A stretch of DNA of 64,000 bases from Octopus sinensis (GCF_006345805.1 NC_043000.1:161634001-161698000), one strand, 5' to 3'; positions 50,910 through 63,830 are shown, counted from the stretch's first letter. Translations and numbers: made by a program. Notes: generated by a model not told the origin, from the sequence alone.

Positions 50910-51309
50910 TGTATTAATGGATGTGTAAGTTTCTCTTTCTCTCTCTCTCTTTGTATATGCGTGTGTATATATGTGTGTGTGTGTGTGTATCTAGACATAC
51001 ACACATACACACTCACATACATACATACATACATAGCCCAACAGTGAGATTCATAAACATTCAACACCGTTCATACTACGTGCTAACTTAAACACACACA
51101 CATACGCATATATGCAATGGGTGATATATATATATATATATATATATATACTTGTGATTATAAGCAAGTGGTGCTAGTCACTAACTCAACTCACTTTAGC
51201 TTACTAATCAGAAAGCACAGGAAAGTGTGTTACCAGAAAGACATAGCTTAGTACCACTGCTCTTGTCAATGGACACAAAAGGTTAAAGGAAATTCATGAG
51301 CAAGTGGAA

Positions 51310-51556
51310 ATTAGTGGGGTCTCAGTCTAATGGAGCAAGTTATGATTATGAATGTGGTAGATCAAGTCGTAAACAAAACGTGCCCAGCATGAAGTAATGT
51401 GAAGTATTAGATGACATGCAGTTTTGGTAGTGTGCCAGGTCACGGAATCATAAATGCTGGATTTGTTGTAGAAGCAATGGCATGAAAAGTTCTTGATAAA
51501 GAACAAACAAGTTTATCCTGCAGTTCTTGACCCTAAAGGAAACCTTCGACAGTGTT
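51310..51556 (+). mobile_element. RTE reverse transcriptase remnant
   Basis: LDDMQF..VPGHGIINAGFV..WHEKFLIKNKQVYPAVLD..ETFDSV (cf. QFGFxPGRGTxDAIF...AFVDLEKAFDRV). Confidence 0.7.
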
Positions 51557-52206
51557 GAGTGTCCGGTGTCTAGTGACTTGCTTCTCACAAAGAACAATAG
51601 AAATAGATGTTGAATAATAGGGTTCATCAGAAGTTATTTCTAATAGCTAGAATAGCAGATTTAGCTATATTTCAAACTATTATTACTTTTAAGTGGTGGC
51701 AAATTTTGTCTTTATTTCTTTATTGTATTTTTGGTTCTGTTTGGGATCGTTTTTTTTTTGTTTCTTATTGTTCTTGTTTATATTACTATTTGTAATGTAG
51801 TGGTGTGATTTTGATGATGGTGATTTGGGGAGTGTTTTTTTTAGTTAATGATGCTGTTGTTGCCTGAGCTAATTAATTGTTTTATATATTTTGTTTTGTT
51901 TTGTTTTTTTTCTAATTGTTAGATTTCTTATTCTACTGCTTGCATACATATATGCACACACATGAATATGGAGAGATATATCTATACATATTTAAGGGCA
52001 TATATATTGTGGTAATATATAGACACGTATAAAATTATAAATATGTGTTTCATCATCATCATCATCATCATCATTTAACATCCGCTTTCCATGCTAGCAT
52101 GGGTTGTGAATATATATATATATATATATATATATAATGAAAATAGTAATGCAATACGAGAGTATTGCTTTCCAGTAAAGGATAGCCCGTGAGGGTAAAA
52201 TTATAC

Positions 52207-52261
52207 ATATAAAAGTAAATAAATGGCACAAATATTGGTGCTTCGTTGTGCCATTTATTTA

Positions 52262-52270
<9 letters not shown>
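52207..52270. repeat. Perfect 25-bp inverted repeat ending at (TA)n
   Basis: atataaaagtaaataaatggcacaa-14 nt-ttgtgccatttatttacttttatat. Confidence 0.9.
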
Positions 52271-52304
<34 letters not shown>

Positions 52305-52731
52305 GTGTACAATTAAATGCAAGAGAAAACTACCTTTAACAGGTAATTTTTACATGCTAGAAGAAGCAGTCAAAATGACCAAAACCACATTTACGAGCAA
52401 TTTTCGAAGGGAATGAAAATAAAAACTTTTACTGTGTTATTTTTTGTGGTAAGTATATACATATATAGACAGATAGATAGTTAGATATATAAAAATGTAA
52501 GATCCAGGGATTGAGGTGTAGGGAGAAAGTAGCTTCTAGCAATCCATAGTAAATATAAAAAACAACTTTCAGGGATTTATTTGTGATTTATTGAGACAGA
52601 AGGTTGTGGATATTTTTCATATTGAAGTACGATAAACTGAGAAAAGTTCTTTTTATATTTCATGGTAGGCAACCAGGGTTGCTAAGGTGTGCGAATAAGA
52701 ATGCAAGAGTTACAGAATGGAGAGGATTAGA

Positions 52732-52822
52732 TCCGGGCTATATATGTTTCATAGCGAACAGAACCACAGAAGTGATAAATATTCAAGCAAGGTGTAAACC
52801 ACAGGCTACTCTTCAGGCCAGA
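52732..52822 (-). ncRNA. Type I hammerhead motif with long helix II insert; one helix III mismatch
   Basis: UCUGGC CUGAAGA GUAGC...GCUAU GAAAC AUAU AUA GCCCGGA; abuts palindrome 52819-52919. Confidence 0.6.
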
Positions 52823-53383
52823 CAAGAAAGGAAAAAGTATCAGTGAACAATAATAATGTCTTACCTCAAATGGGCAAGACATTATTATTGTTCACTGATA
52901 TTTTTTCCTATCTTGTCTGAAATAGATTTGTGACTTCTCAGTGGTACAGAAGTATTTTTTGACTTCTATCATGAGCGATATAGGTACTCATTTAGTACCC
53001 TTATGTATGTATGTACATATCTAATATTGTATGTATATATTTTATTAATTTGCCTGTACGGCTAATAATTCGCTTACCACTTGTGATGGTATTTTAATAA
53101 TACCATCCCTATATTTATTATATATATATATGTGTGTATATATATATATATACATGTGTATATATTGAATATTTTGTTAATTTGAAACACTTGGGGTGGA
53201 AGATGTTTCAGATTTTAGATTTCCTCAAATTTTGAAATGATTTTATATTTGTTCTGTTAAAAGGAGACAGATTAATGATGAAACTTCATAAATTATTTCT
53301 GAAAGTTTCCATTTGTGATCCCTCTCTCACTTGGATTTTGGATTTCAGAATTTCAGTTAAAGACATACATATGCACATACGTG

Positions 53384-53416
<33 letters not shown>

Positions 53417-53795
53417 ATATATTTATGTATATTTGCATGAATACATAGATAAATATAAATATAATTCACACATATGTTGCTGTTCCAAATAATTCATAAT
53501 TTATATAGACTGAGAACTATTGAATAACACCTTCCTAAGCCTAATTATGAATAACCCTGCAAATCATGTGTCTTACTATCAAGCATGAATACATGCAAGC
53601 ATGTGTGTGTGATTGTGTAGACATTCACACACATGCATACTCATATATATATATATAGGGAGATGTACTCGCATAGCAAGTGATTTGATCTGAGATCGTG
53701 TGCTGAAACGAAAACAATTGCAGCGTGGAAGGTGTTTGTAAGCCATTTAAGAAACACACAAAAGCCGTTCGATTCACTTCAACATTTAAGTTTAA

Positions 53796-53845
53796 TTTGT
53801 CAAAATATTTTCGTCACCAAAATCCGCGACCTGTTCACTGACAAA
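53796..53845 (-). ncRNA. Minimal hammerhead motif, G3-C8 core (left arm)
   Basis: UUUGUCA GUGAACA g GUCGC ggauuuug GUGAC GAAA AUAU UU UGACAAA; 7-bp helix I, palindromic helix III AAUAUU. Confidence 0.7.
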
Positions 53846-53855
53846 AATACGGATT

Positions 53856-53905
53856 TTTGTCAGTGGACAGGTCGCGGATTTTAGCGACGAAAATATTTTG
53901 ACAAA
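53856..53905 (+). ncRNA. Minimal hammerhead motif, G3-C8 core (right arm, A6G)
   Basis: UUUGUCA GUGGACA g GUCGC ggauuuua GCGAC GAAA AUAU UU UGACAAA. Confidence 0.6.
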
Positions 53906-54107
53906 TTAAACTTAAATGTTGAAGTGAATTGAACGGCTTTTGTGTGTTTCTTAAATGGCTTACAAACACCTTCCATGCTGCAATTGTATATATATATATA
54001 TATATATTTAGTAAATCCAAACATGAAAACACAAAGAGAAAACACAACAACGCGAGGATGTGGAACAAGTATAGTGGACGCTCAGCAAAGGAAAGAAAGA
54101 AGGAGGA

Positions 54108-54140
54108 TTTAACGTTTCAAGTGGAGCTCTTCATCAGAAA
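54108..54140 (-). ncRNA. Minimal hammerhead motif, canonical core, in TA-flanked repeat 54010-54215
   Basis: UUU CUGAUGA a GAG cucca CUU GAAAC GUU AAA. Confidence 0.65.
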
Positions 54141-55391
54141 CATAGAAAAAGGAAAGGTCCAAGGAAGGGAAGATAGAGAAAGAAATCGTCAACGATATAC
54201 ACGCGATCACATATTGAATATATATATATATTTAGGTACAGATACTACATATATGTATATATATGTATAACAGATATGTATTTACAAGTATATTTAACAT
54301 GCTTAAATGTGCTCAAATGGGGGAAGACCTTTTGCCACAGAAATTGTTTTGGGAGAAATTACTCCTCTTAGACAATGTGTGGAAACATAACGAGCTATGA
54401 CTTCTGCCTGTCAGTGTTACTATACATTCTCAGTGATGAATACTAAATTCATCCTTTATTGCCAAATCAGAACAATAGTTCTGGTATACAAGAATAGCAA
54501 ACAATAAATTTGCTGGCATAAGTAAAGCTTAAAGATCCACAAAGCAATATTGGATAAAATATATGCATGTACAATGCTATTTGTCACATTCGTGTGAACT
54601 TGATAATGGGAAGACCTTTCACTGCGGAAATAGTATCAGAAAATTTTTTTGCTCGTGGGCAACATTTTTGAAAACACATTGTTCATTATTGGATCATCAT
54701 CATAAGCATCATCGTTTAACGTCCGCTTTCCATGCTAGCATGGGTTGGACGATTTGACTGAGGGCTGGCAAACCAGATGGCTGCATCAGGCTCCAATCTG
54801 ATCTGGCAGAGTTTCTACAGCTGGATGCTCTTCCTAACGCCAACCACTCCAAGAGTGTAATGGATGCTTTTACGTGCCACTGGCACAAGGGCCAGTCTGG
54901 CAGTACTGGCAATGGCCACGCTCAAATGTTTCTTTTTACATGCCACCTGCACAGTGTATATATATGTATATATATATATATATGTGTATATATATATGTA
55001 TATTTTTGAAAACACATTTTTGAAAAAACATAGGACATGATTGGATGATGAACATAGATACAGAAAATTATATGTTTTTCCATTACCTTCTCCATGTAGG
55101 TGGAATTTGAACTCAGAATGTAGAGAGTCAAAAGATACACAATAAAGCATCTCCAATAATATGCCAATGGTTCTGGTATTCTTCCACCCACTAGAACAAT
55201 GGAAAATAAAATGTTTTGCTCCAGAACACAATACGTCAGCCAATCCAGGAATCAAACACATGATCTAGCAATTTTGGGGGCAATACCCTAACCACTAGGC
55301 CACGTACCTTCACATTATATACACCCATATATATGTGTGTGTGTGTGTATATATATGTATACATACATATACGTACAAACATGAATATGTA

Positions 55392-55434
<43 letters not shown>

Positions 55435-55516
55435 ATGTGTATAAATATATATATATAGTAGTAGTAACAGAAAAGAGGAATTTTGGTTGTCCCCACGTGG
55501 TGGATTGTAATGTATG

Positions 55517-55598
55517 TAAGAAATTAAAAACAGAAAATACGCACACTTAAAAATTATACTATAACCATGTAAGTGTGCGTATTTTCCATTTTTAATTT

Positions 55599-55602
<4 letters not shown>
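55517..55602. repeat. 33-bp inverted repeat ending at (TA)n
   Basis: taagaaattaaaaacagaaaatacgcacactta ... taagtgtgcgtattttccatttttaatttctta. Confidence 0.85.
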
Positions 55603-55638
<36 letters not shown>

Positions 55639-55644
55639 CATATA

Positions 55645-55832
55645 TTCTTCTTCTTAGGGCCTCTGTCAGTCATGGCTGACCATGGATGATGTCATCCGTC
55701 AGTTGAGTTGTCTATTCAGGTTTTGCAACGCCTCCTGTGGTTGTAGAGACTGATGCGAGAGTGGCAGTCTTGTTTGCAGAGGTCACATCTATACATTGAA
55801 TCCAGTCTGTTGGCTGTCATTTCTTTTCTGCG
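55645..55832 (-). mobile_element. RTE (BovB-like) extreme 3' end
   Basis: YRCDLCKQDCHSRISLYNHRRRC* then a (GAA)n tail. Confidence 0.8.
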
Positions 55833-55856
55833 GACTACATATGTATGCTGCCATAC

Positions 55857-55892
<36 letters not shown>

Positions 55893-56979
55893 GTGTGTAT
55901 GTATGTGTGTATGTATGTAGGTATGTATCAGAGATGTGCCACCTAGGTAGGCAAGGTAGGCAGTGCCTACCTTGAATAAAATAGATCAATAGAATCATTT
56001 TCCTCGCATGGCAAAATATGCACCTAATTCAATAAATTTATGAAGGTTAGTCTAATTACTATGCATAAAATGCAATTTTTTTTTTTTTTTGTAGATTAGG
56101 TAGGCATAATTCGCCCCTGCTTTTCAATCTCAGCATTTAAGCCATGCATAGTACTACTGTAGTACACGTGCTGCATACATTTCTACAATGCCGTTTTCTA
56201 TCTAAATGCTATAAAGGCAGAAATAGATCTGCCTTCCATTCATTTGTGCCCCTGTGTTTCACTTATTTTTTGTTTTACTACATAAAGGTTATTTCATTTT
56301 TGGATTTGATTTGCAAGATTCTTTATGTGAGTTCGTGTGTTGAAGCATATTCTGTTGTGTCTGGGGAGAGTCATTTTCTTTTTGTGCCCTATATTTTAAC
56401 ACATTCACTGGTAAAATTTCCACTTATTTCTTATTGTTATTTTCCAAAAATTTTCGTTGCGTCTTTGCCAGCTGCCTACCCTGAGTATATGTTAGGTATA
56501 CCCATACATATAATTTTACCTTGCTATATCCCTTCCATATTAAAACCCTGAGGCATTTTCTTTCTTGTCTCTGTAATATCCCCTTATTCATCATCTTTAT
56601 CACAATAATAATGAAATCATAATTAAGCAGTAGATTTTCATTATTGTCAGAGCATCGGAGAAAATGCTTTGCACATTTGTTCTACTTCACTACTCTGAGT
56701 CCAAACCCTGTTACGGTCAATTTTGCCTCTCATCCTTCTAGGATCAATAAGATAATGTAGGAATCAAGTACAGGGGACAATTTAACCAGTTCACTTTTCC
56801 CCTAAATTTCAGACATTGTGCCTGTTTTAGAAACAATTAACATTCCACCACTTTTTTCTGTGTTACAAAGTTCTGCAAATATCTACACTGACAAGATTGC
56901 TATTTTCTATATATCATATATCTGTACAATTCCTCTCATATATTTTTATGTAATTCTTTTTTTTTATCATTCCCAAAGC

Positions 56980-57830
56980 AATTATTATTATGGGGACTGT
57001 TTCTGTTTTCAATGCCTACATTCTCTATTTCTGGGGTTTATATCTGGATTATTTTTCTATTTCTTCCAACTTATACGCAGATTTCTATAGAAATTGATAC
57101 ATCATTTCCTTTCCCCTGATGGCCTTTGACAATATTGTTGAGGTGATTTACCTTTGACTTACCTTAATCTCCTTGTCTCAGTGAATTGGCATATTCCACA
57201 GTAAGGTCACTTTGCCATTTTCTGAGGTCTTTTGTAGTATGTTTATGTCACTTCACTTCTGCAGATATTACATAACTCTGACATAGTTTGCTGTGCATGG
57301 AACTGCCAACCCTGTTGCTTCTGTTTATATATTCTGTTTTGGTTAGAACTGGACAGCTGGAAATTATGTGATTGATTATTTCTTTTCAGTTTCTACATAT
57401 ATTCTCCAGTTAATTTATGTACATTACTTCATTAAGTTTTTGGAGATTGCTGGTGAAAAGGCTGTGCTCTTGAATTACAATCAAAACTCTGAGTCCTGAG
57501 TTTTTTTTTTGTTTTTTTTTTAATCAATGCTGTAATCTTCCTTTAGCCTGTTCTGACTCAGTAATGGCCATGTTGGAGCTTTTCTTACACTAATTTAGCA
57601 TGACATTTCATAGTTTTGTTTTTATCAATTTATCTTTTCTTAATTGTTGTTATTGTTTCTTCCTCTTTCTCTTAGATTTCTTATACTTCAATCTCATTTT
57701 ATATTTGTTAGATTCCCTTAAGACAGAAAATTACTTTTTCTCTTTTGTTCATATTTTGTAACTATTTCTCTCCATTATTTTTTACAAAATAATTTTGTAC
57801 TTCTACAGAAGATATTTTACAATAGATTTC
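56980..57830 (-). mobile_element. Very decayed Dong/R4 3' fragment
   Basis: SSCPVL, SENGKVTLLWNMPIH*DKEIK on minus strand. Confidence 0.6.
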
Positions 57831-58269
57831 TAATTGCAGATGTTGCTCTAGTTATTGTTTCTGTTTTTATTTTTCGTTTTTTTTTCACCCTTTTCAAGCC
57901 TAACCAGGCTCATGGGCCCAGTTTCCCGGTTTCTGTGGCGCATGTGTTCCCCCCAGCTGGACGGGACGCCAGTCCATCACAGTGTTACTCAAGAAACAGG
58001 AAGAGAGAGTGAGAGAAAGTTGTGGCAAAAGAATACAACAGGGGTCACCACCACTCCCTACCGGAGCCTCATCGAGCTTTTAGGTGTTTTTGCTCAATAA
58101 ACACACACACAACACCCGGTCTGGGAATCGAAACTGCAATCCTCCGACTGCGAGTCCACTGCCCTAACCACTGGGCCATTGCGCATCCACTATTGTTTCT
58201 GTTAGTAGGTTTTTATTATGTTATCACTACCATATTGTTGCTTTTATAGTTGTTTAGCCAGAGGTTTGT

Positions 58270-58592
58270 GAAGGCACGTGGCTTAGTGGTTTGGGCATTC
58301 GGGTCACGATTGTAAGGTCGTAAGTTCAATTCCCGGTGACGCGTTGTGTCCTTGAGCAAGACACTTTATTTCACTTTGCTCCAGTCCACTCAGCTGGCAA
58401 AAATGAGTTGCACCTCTATTTCAAAGGGCCGGCCTTGTCCCACTCTGTGTCATGCTGAATCTCCCTGAGAACTACATTAGGTGTACACATGTCTATGGAT
58501 TGCTCAGTCACTTGCACATTAATTTCACAAGCAAGCTGTTCCATTGATCGTATCAGCTGGGACCCTCATCATCGTAACCAACAGAGTGCTCC
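58270..58592 (+). mobile_element. tRNA-derived SINE with CORE-like middle and the same tail as 25170-25543
   Basis: gtggcttagtgg / gttcaattcc boxes, ttgtgtccttgagcaagacact, tail atttcaaagggcc...catcgtaacc. Confidence 0.85.
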
Positions 58593-58779
58593 TATACCTA
58601 TAGCCAGAGGTTTCCTAAACATATAAAGAAAGGTATTCTAACCATGACTATATTTAGTTATTTTCCAAAGTCCATGACCTTACAACTTTGTTTTATTTTA
58701 TCCCCTATAATTATACCTGATCTGGCTTCAATAGTATGGTCAGTCTTTAAGGAAAAGTCCCATAAGATTCTGTAATCCT

Positions 58780-60420
58780 CATTTTCAGTTACTGTCTTTG
58801 GTTTGCGTTCATGCTACTTTTTTGTTATTTCAAAGCCACACACTCGGCTAACATCCCAATGCACTCATTGACCTACACATCCCAATGCACTCATTGACCT
58901 ACACAGCCATACCTGCACTCATGCTTACTTTGTGCTAGCTTAATGCACTCACTCAAGAGATGATTGATACTTTTGAATCTTTTCTGACAGATTCTACATT
59001 TGCAGTCTGACTGACTTTCTTGATCTTTGCCTTTACCAAATTCATCTTAATGGCTTGTTCCTGAGTGATTATAATTAGAACTTCAGTCTCTTGTTTCAAG
59101 TTCCCTCCATCAGCCATAGCTTTACTTCCAGCATCTTTGGTCTGTTATATGAATTAGCCATGTAATTCCATTTCTGTCCATCTGCTTACTGTCTTATTCT
59201 TCCTTCAATTCTTAAATTCTTCCACCGACTCAGTAACTTTTTGGGCATTCCTTGCTGCCAATAGTATTCTTTCTTCACTCTACACAACATAATCTTTCAA
59301 CCCCAATATCAGAGTACTTCCTTTCTTGGTAAATAGAATCTGCTGTTATTACTTTAATGGTGATGTGCATTGTGCATTGTGAGCAGCTCTCTAGTTTTAT
59401 CTTAGTTCTTTAACTTGACCTTTATCTATTTCAGAAAGAGAGCAGTGTACCTTAATACTGGCATGACTCATATATTTATTGCTTTAATGAAAATTTCAAC
59501 ATTTAATTTGTTTCAAGCACCTTCCTAATTCTCCTCTTGTACTCTTGTATTCTTTAGAGATATTCACTCTCATTTCTCCTCCACTGGAATGTAAAAAGCA
59601 CCCTCTGCACATGGCTGATGCCAGTGCCCCCTGACTGGTTCCTGTGCCAGTGGCACATAAAAAGCACTATCCGAACATGATCGATGCCAGTGCCCCTGAC
59701 TGGCTCCTGTGCCAGTGGCACATAAAAAGCACCCACTACACTCTCAGAGTGGTTGGCATTAGGAAAAGCATCCAGCTGTAGAAACATTGCCAGATTAGAT
59801 TGGAGCCTGGTGCAGCTTCTGGCTTTCCAGTCCTCAATCAAACCATCCAACCCATGCCAGCATGGAAAACAGACGTTAAATGATGATGATGATGATGATT
59901 TCTCCTTCTATTATCCTATCTTACAGCACTCCTAGGTATTTGTATTCCTCATTATTCCACATTGACCTAATGATGTTGACTTGCGGTAATTTCATGTCAT
60001 CTGAGTTTTTCTTCCAGCCACCTCCATAATTAATGCTGTACATTTATTGACTCCAAATTGCATCCCAGTAGCCTTGCAGAACACACTATTTGGATCAGAG
60101 AATCCAAGTCCTTCTTACTTTCTGTATATAGTTTGAGGTCATCCATAAAAAGTGGGCGATTTATTTTCACCTTGATTTTGATAAAATCATTGGCAGGCCA
60201 GGATTTTCTCAGTACACCTGTCAGAGCAAGTCGCCCTATAAAATTCCCCTGTGTATTTCTACATTTCCTAGTGACTCATTTGCTTATGACAGTTCTACTT
60301 CCCACACTCTCTTTGCTTTTTTGAAAAGCTATTTGTCTTATTGACTCCAAGAATTTTCAGGCACTCAAAGAGCTAGCAGTGTGGGATGTTGTTGTAAGTC
60401 TTCCTGTAATTCATCTAGCC
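58780..60420 (-). mobile_element. Decayed Dong/R4-like RT region, interrupted by an RTE tail (59580-59898, +)
   Basis: IHRGIL*GD, LFMDDLKLY, MQFGVNKC, LLTMHNAHH..RFYLPRK. Confidence 0.7.
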
Positions 60421-60519
60421 AACAGCTAAACTCTTCTTTTTTACTTGTATTTCATCCAGTATCCTACTATCTATATACAGCAGATCAGCAATTATTATCA
60501 TTATCACCCCATGATGTCC

Positions 60520-61480
60520 AGATGGAGGTAAAACAAGAATAAAGCCTTGCCCCTGTACTGTTTAACAATTACCTGGTGGCTGTAACCCTTCTTTCTAGTT
60601 CACTGAAGAAGACATAATTCAAATAATGGCAGCATCTTAAACACTCACTGCCTGAAAGCCATATCAAAAGTTCCTCTCAACCAAAGCGTACAGGATCATT
60701 TTGCTGATGATCCAACAACACCAGTTCATATCTCCACTTCTTTTCAGCAAATACTGATTTCAATGAAGACTTCCTATTCTCAGCTTAGTCTGCAAGTAAA
60801 TCATCCAAAAAATGATGTACTCCAATCATCTACCCCCTATTCTTCCCTCCCCACTCAGCCTGTCCTTATTAATGATGATCCTCTACTGCATGCAGAATCA
60901 AACTTCTACCTTGGAAGCACAATCTCTAACACTGAACTCCTTGATGGGGGGATACTTTGTCAGATCAACTTGAACACTGCATCTTTCAAAAGATTCAGCA
61001 TTGATGCTTTTAGAACCTTAGAGTAAGTACAAAAATCTCCATTTATTGAGCTATCTGTGTATCCACCCTCTTTTGTGAGTCAGAGTGCTAAACCCTTTAC
61101 AGGTGCCAGAAGCATTCCATATTAGATCCCTCATCGATTTTACATGACCACATACTGAAATACTCCTGAGGGCTGGGACCTACAGCATTGAAGCCTGCAT
61201 CCTACATCATCTTCTCCACTGGGTTAGTCATGTGATTCAGATGCTTGGTAACCAGTACTCAAAGATGGTTCTCTTCAGCTTGATTGAGACCAGAAGTAGG
61301 TCTCTCGTTTTATGCGGTGTCCCTGCTTTGAAGCCTGTGTGTGATGCTGGAATGGAGCACTTTCAAACTCAAGGCAGGAGACTCTATAAAGAGAGGAGGA
61401 GACTTCATCATCAGCTTCCTGCTGCTATTGTTTGGGTCACTTTCAGTGCACTCAGTGACACAGGATGAGAAACAATATGC
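60520..61480 (+). mobile_element. Decayed RTE (BovB-like) RT/C-terminal region
   Basis: LAPVLFN, HFADD, FYLGSTISN, TKISIY*AICVSTL. Confidence 0.7.
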
Positions 61481-61639
61481 TGGAGGTGAAGGAGGATCAA
61501 TGTTTTGGATCAATATTGTCATTACCTTTGATGGGCTGTCATGAGTAAGTAAGCAAGCAAGCATCAATATCATCATCATCATCATCATCATCATTACTAT
61601 TATTATTCATGGTTTCTTTTCATTATAACTTTATTTCAG

Positions 61640-62880
61640 CTCCTTAGTACCGGGCATCCTCCGGAGGCCAAGAGTAGCAAGGCCACTTTTGTTTTGCCAT
61701 GCATACTAAAACTATCACCACATTTATTCCATTTTAGATGGAGAATGCTTTCCATAGTATATGGGCTGTACCCATCGAGGGTATCTTTTATAGTTCACAG
61801 ATACTGGAGTTACCAGGGAGTTACTTAATATACTTCTCAGCTCCCTTCTTTATCATTCCCAATGCACCAGTGACTACTGGTATTATCATAGTAGTAAGAT
61901 ACCACATTTTTGTGATTTCAGTTTTCAAGTCTTTATAGTGAGAAAGCTTTCTGTATCCCTCTCTTGAGACATTTTGATCTTGTGGGACAGACATATCTAT
62001 TAACAGACAAGTTCCTCTGTAGTAGTCCTTGATCACAATGTCTGGTCAATTGGAGCCAATTTTTCTGTCTATTTGTATTGGAAAGTTCCAAAGGGTGGTG
62101 ACTCATTCGCCATTTACTACATCCTATGGATGGTGCCTGTATCACTTAACATGGGATTTAATTTTGTAGTATTTACAAGCATTCCAGTGGATTACTGCCC
62201 TAGTCTATAATGTCTTATGAGGTACTCCTTTGCAGTGAGGATTGGGCAGCCAAAAACAATATGATCAATTTTCTTTGTGAATTTTCCGAAAATTCTACAT
62301 GAGGGGTCAGATCCACCTTTAAGGACATTTGCATGGTAGTTTCCGGTAGGTAAGCACTGATCTTGTGCTGCAATAACAAAACCTTGTTTCCCCTTTCAGA
62401 CCTATCACTTGTAGCCATTAGTGTATTAGATTTTGATTGATATGTCTTGGGCAGGTGGTTAGAGTATTTTCCATGCAGAAGTTTACGTTTCCACTTGTCT
62501 TCGATATTATTCATGCAAGCCTTCTATGCTTTTTATTTGAGGTTTTTGCATCAGTGATAGGTTTGTCACCATCTGGATCTCTCTGATTTTCCTAATTATT
62601 AATTTCTAAATCAGGAAAAGTAATGGCTGGTCTGTCAGTTTTTGGGTGTCTTTGATCATTGTTATTATTAACTTCTAGGTCAAGAGACTTCTTGAATTTC
62701 TGACAAAGCTTCATGACTGAAGCTTGCTTGGAATCTTCATACTTCAGTGCAATTCATAAGATCACATCACTTGTTGTATTAAGGTACATTTTCAGGCCTA
62801 TTATTGCTGATTTGAAGGATTGTTTGAGCTGTATCAGGCCCCTTCCACCTATTTTTCTTGGAAGATAAATCCTGTTTACA
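61640..62880 (-). mobile_element. Dong/R4 3' fragment
   Basis: WKRKLLHGKY, CLLIDMSVPQDQNVS...YKDLKTEITKMW..IIPVVTGALG; TAA-type repeats at both ends. Confidence 0.85.
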
Positions 62881-62944
62881 TCTGATTTTATTATTATTAT
62901 TATTATTATCATTAGTAGCAGTAGTAGTAGTAGTAGTAAAGTGA

Positions 62945-63830
62945 AGATAGTGAGCTGGTAGAATTGTTAACATGCTGAGTAAAATGCTTAGTAGCATTTC
63001 ATCGATCTTTACAATCCAAGTTCAAATTCCTCTAAGGTCAACTTTGCCTTTGATGCTTTCAGGGTTTATGAAATATGTACCAGTAGAGCACTGGGGTCAA
63101 TGTAATTGACTTACCCCTCCCCTAAAACTGCTGGCCTTGTGACAAAATTTGAAACCATTCTTAGCATTATTAAAGGCAGTGAGCAGGTAGAATAGTTACC
63201 ATATATGGTAACTATAAGGCAGCAAGCTGGCAGAAATGTTAGCACACCGGGCGAAATGCTTCGCAGTATTTCGTCTGCTGCTACATTCTGAATTCAAATT
63301 CCGCCGAGGTCAACTTTGCCTTTCATCCTTTTGGGGTCGATTAAATAAGTACCAGTTACACACTGGGGTTGATATAATTGACTTAATACATTTGTCTGTC
63401 CTTGTTTGTCCCCTCTGTGTGTAGCCCCTGTGTGTAAAGAAATAAGAATAGTTACCATATATGGCAAAATGCTTAGTGGCATTTTGTCTGAATTCCTGTG
63501 CCTCTGGGGTCGACTTTGTCTTCTATCCCTTTTGGATTGTTGATAAAACAGGAAACAGATGAGCACTGTTGTCAACATAATCGATTTATCAACCACCCTG
63601 AAATGGCTGGCCTTGTGCCAAAATTTGAAATCATTATTATTAAGGAGGTGAGCAGGCAGAATCATTAGCTCAACAAACAAAATGCAGCCTGAACTCAGAT
63701 TTTGCTGAGATCAACTTTGCCTTTCATCTTTCATAGTCAATGAAATAAGTACCAGTCAAGCACTGGGACCAATGTAATCAACTAACCATACTCCCTCAAA
63801 TTTCAGGCTTTGGGTCTATAGCAGAAAATA
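62945..63830 (+). mobile_element. Tandem/nested cluster of four Nin-like SINE units
   Basis: Repeated g.gagc.gg.agaat / actttg.ctt / gtaccag..gcactggg / aaatttgaaa; inner copy 63209-63444 has a 20-bp TSD. Confidence 0.85.

Larger units (their letters stand above)
53714..53987. mobile_element. 274-bp near-perfect fold-back element ending at (TA)n
   Basis: acaattgcagc...ctgacaaaaat acgg atttttgtcag...gctgcaattgt. Confidence 0.95.

Noticed and set aside
56440-56470. gcaacGAAAAUUUU on minus strand resembling the 3' half of the G3-C8 hammerhead type
   Set aside because: The 5' core is missing (truncated by another repeat), so it cannot be called.
58851-58905. 26-bp direct tandem duplication
   Set aside because: Ordinary local slippage duplication inside a decayed LINE.
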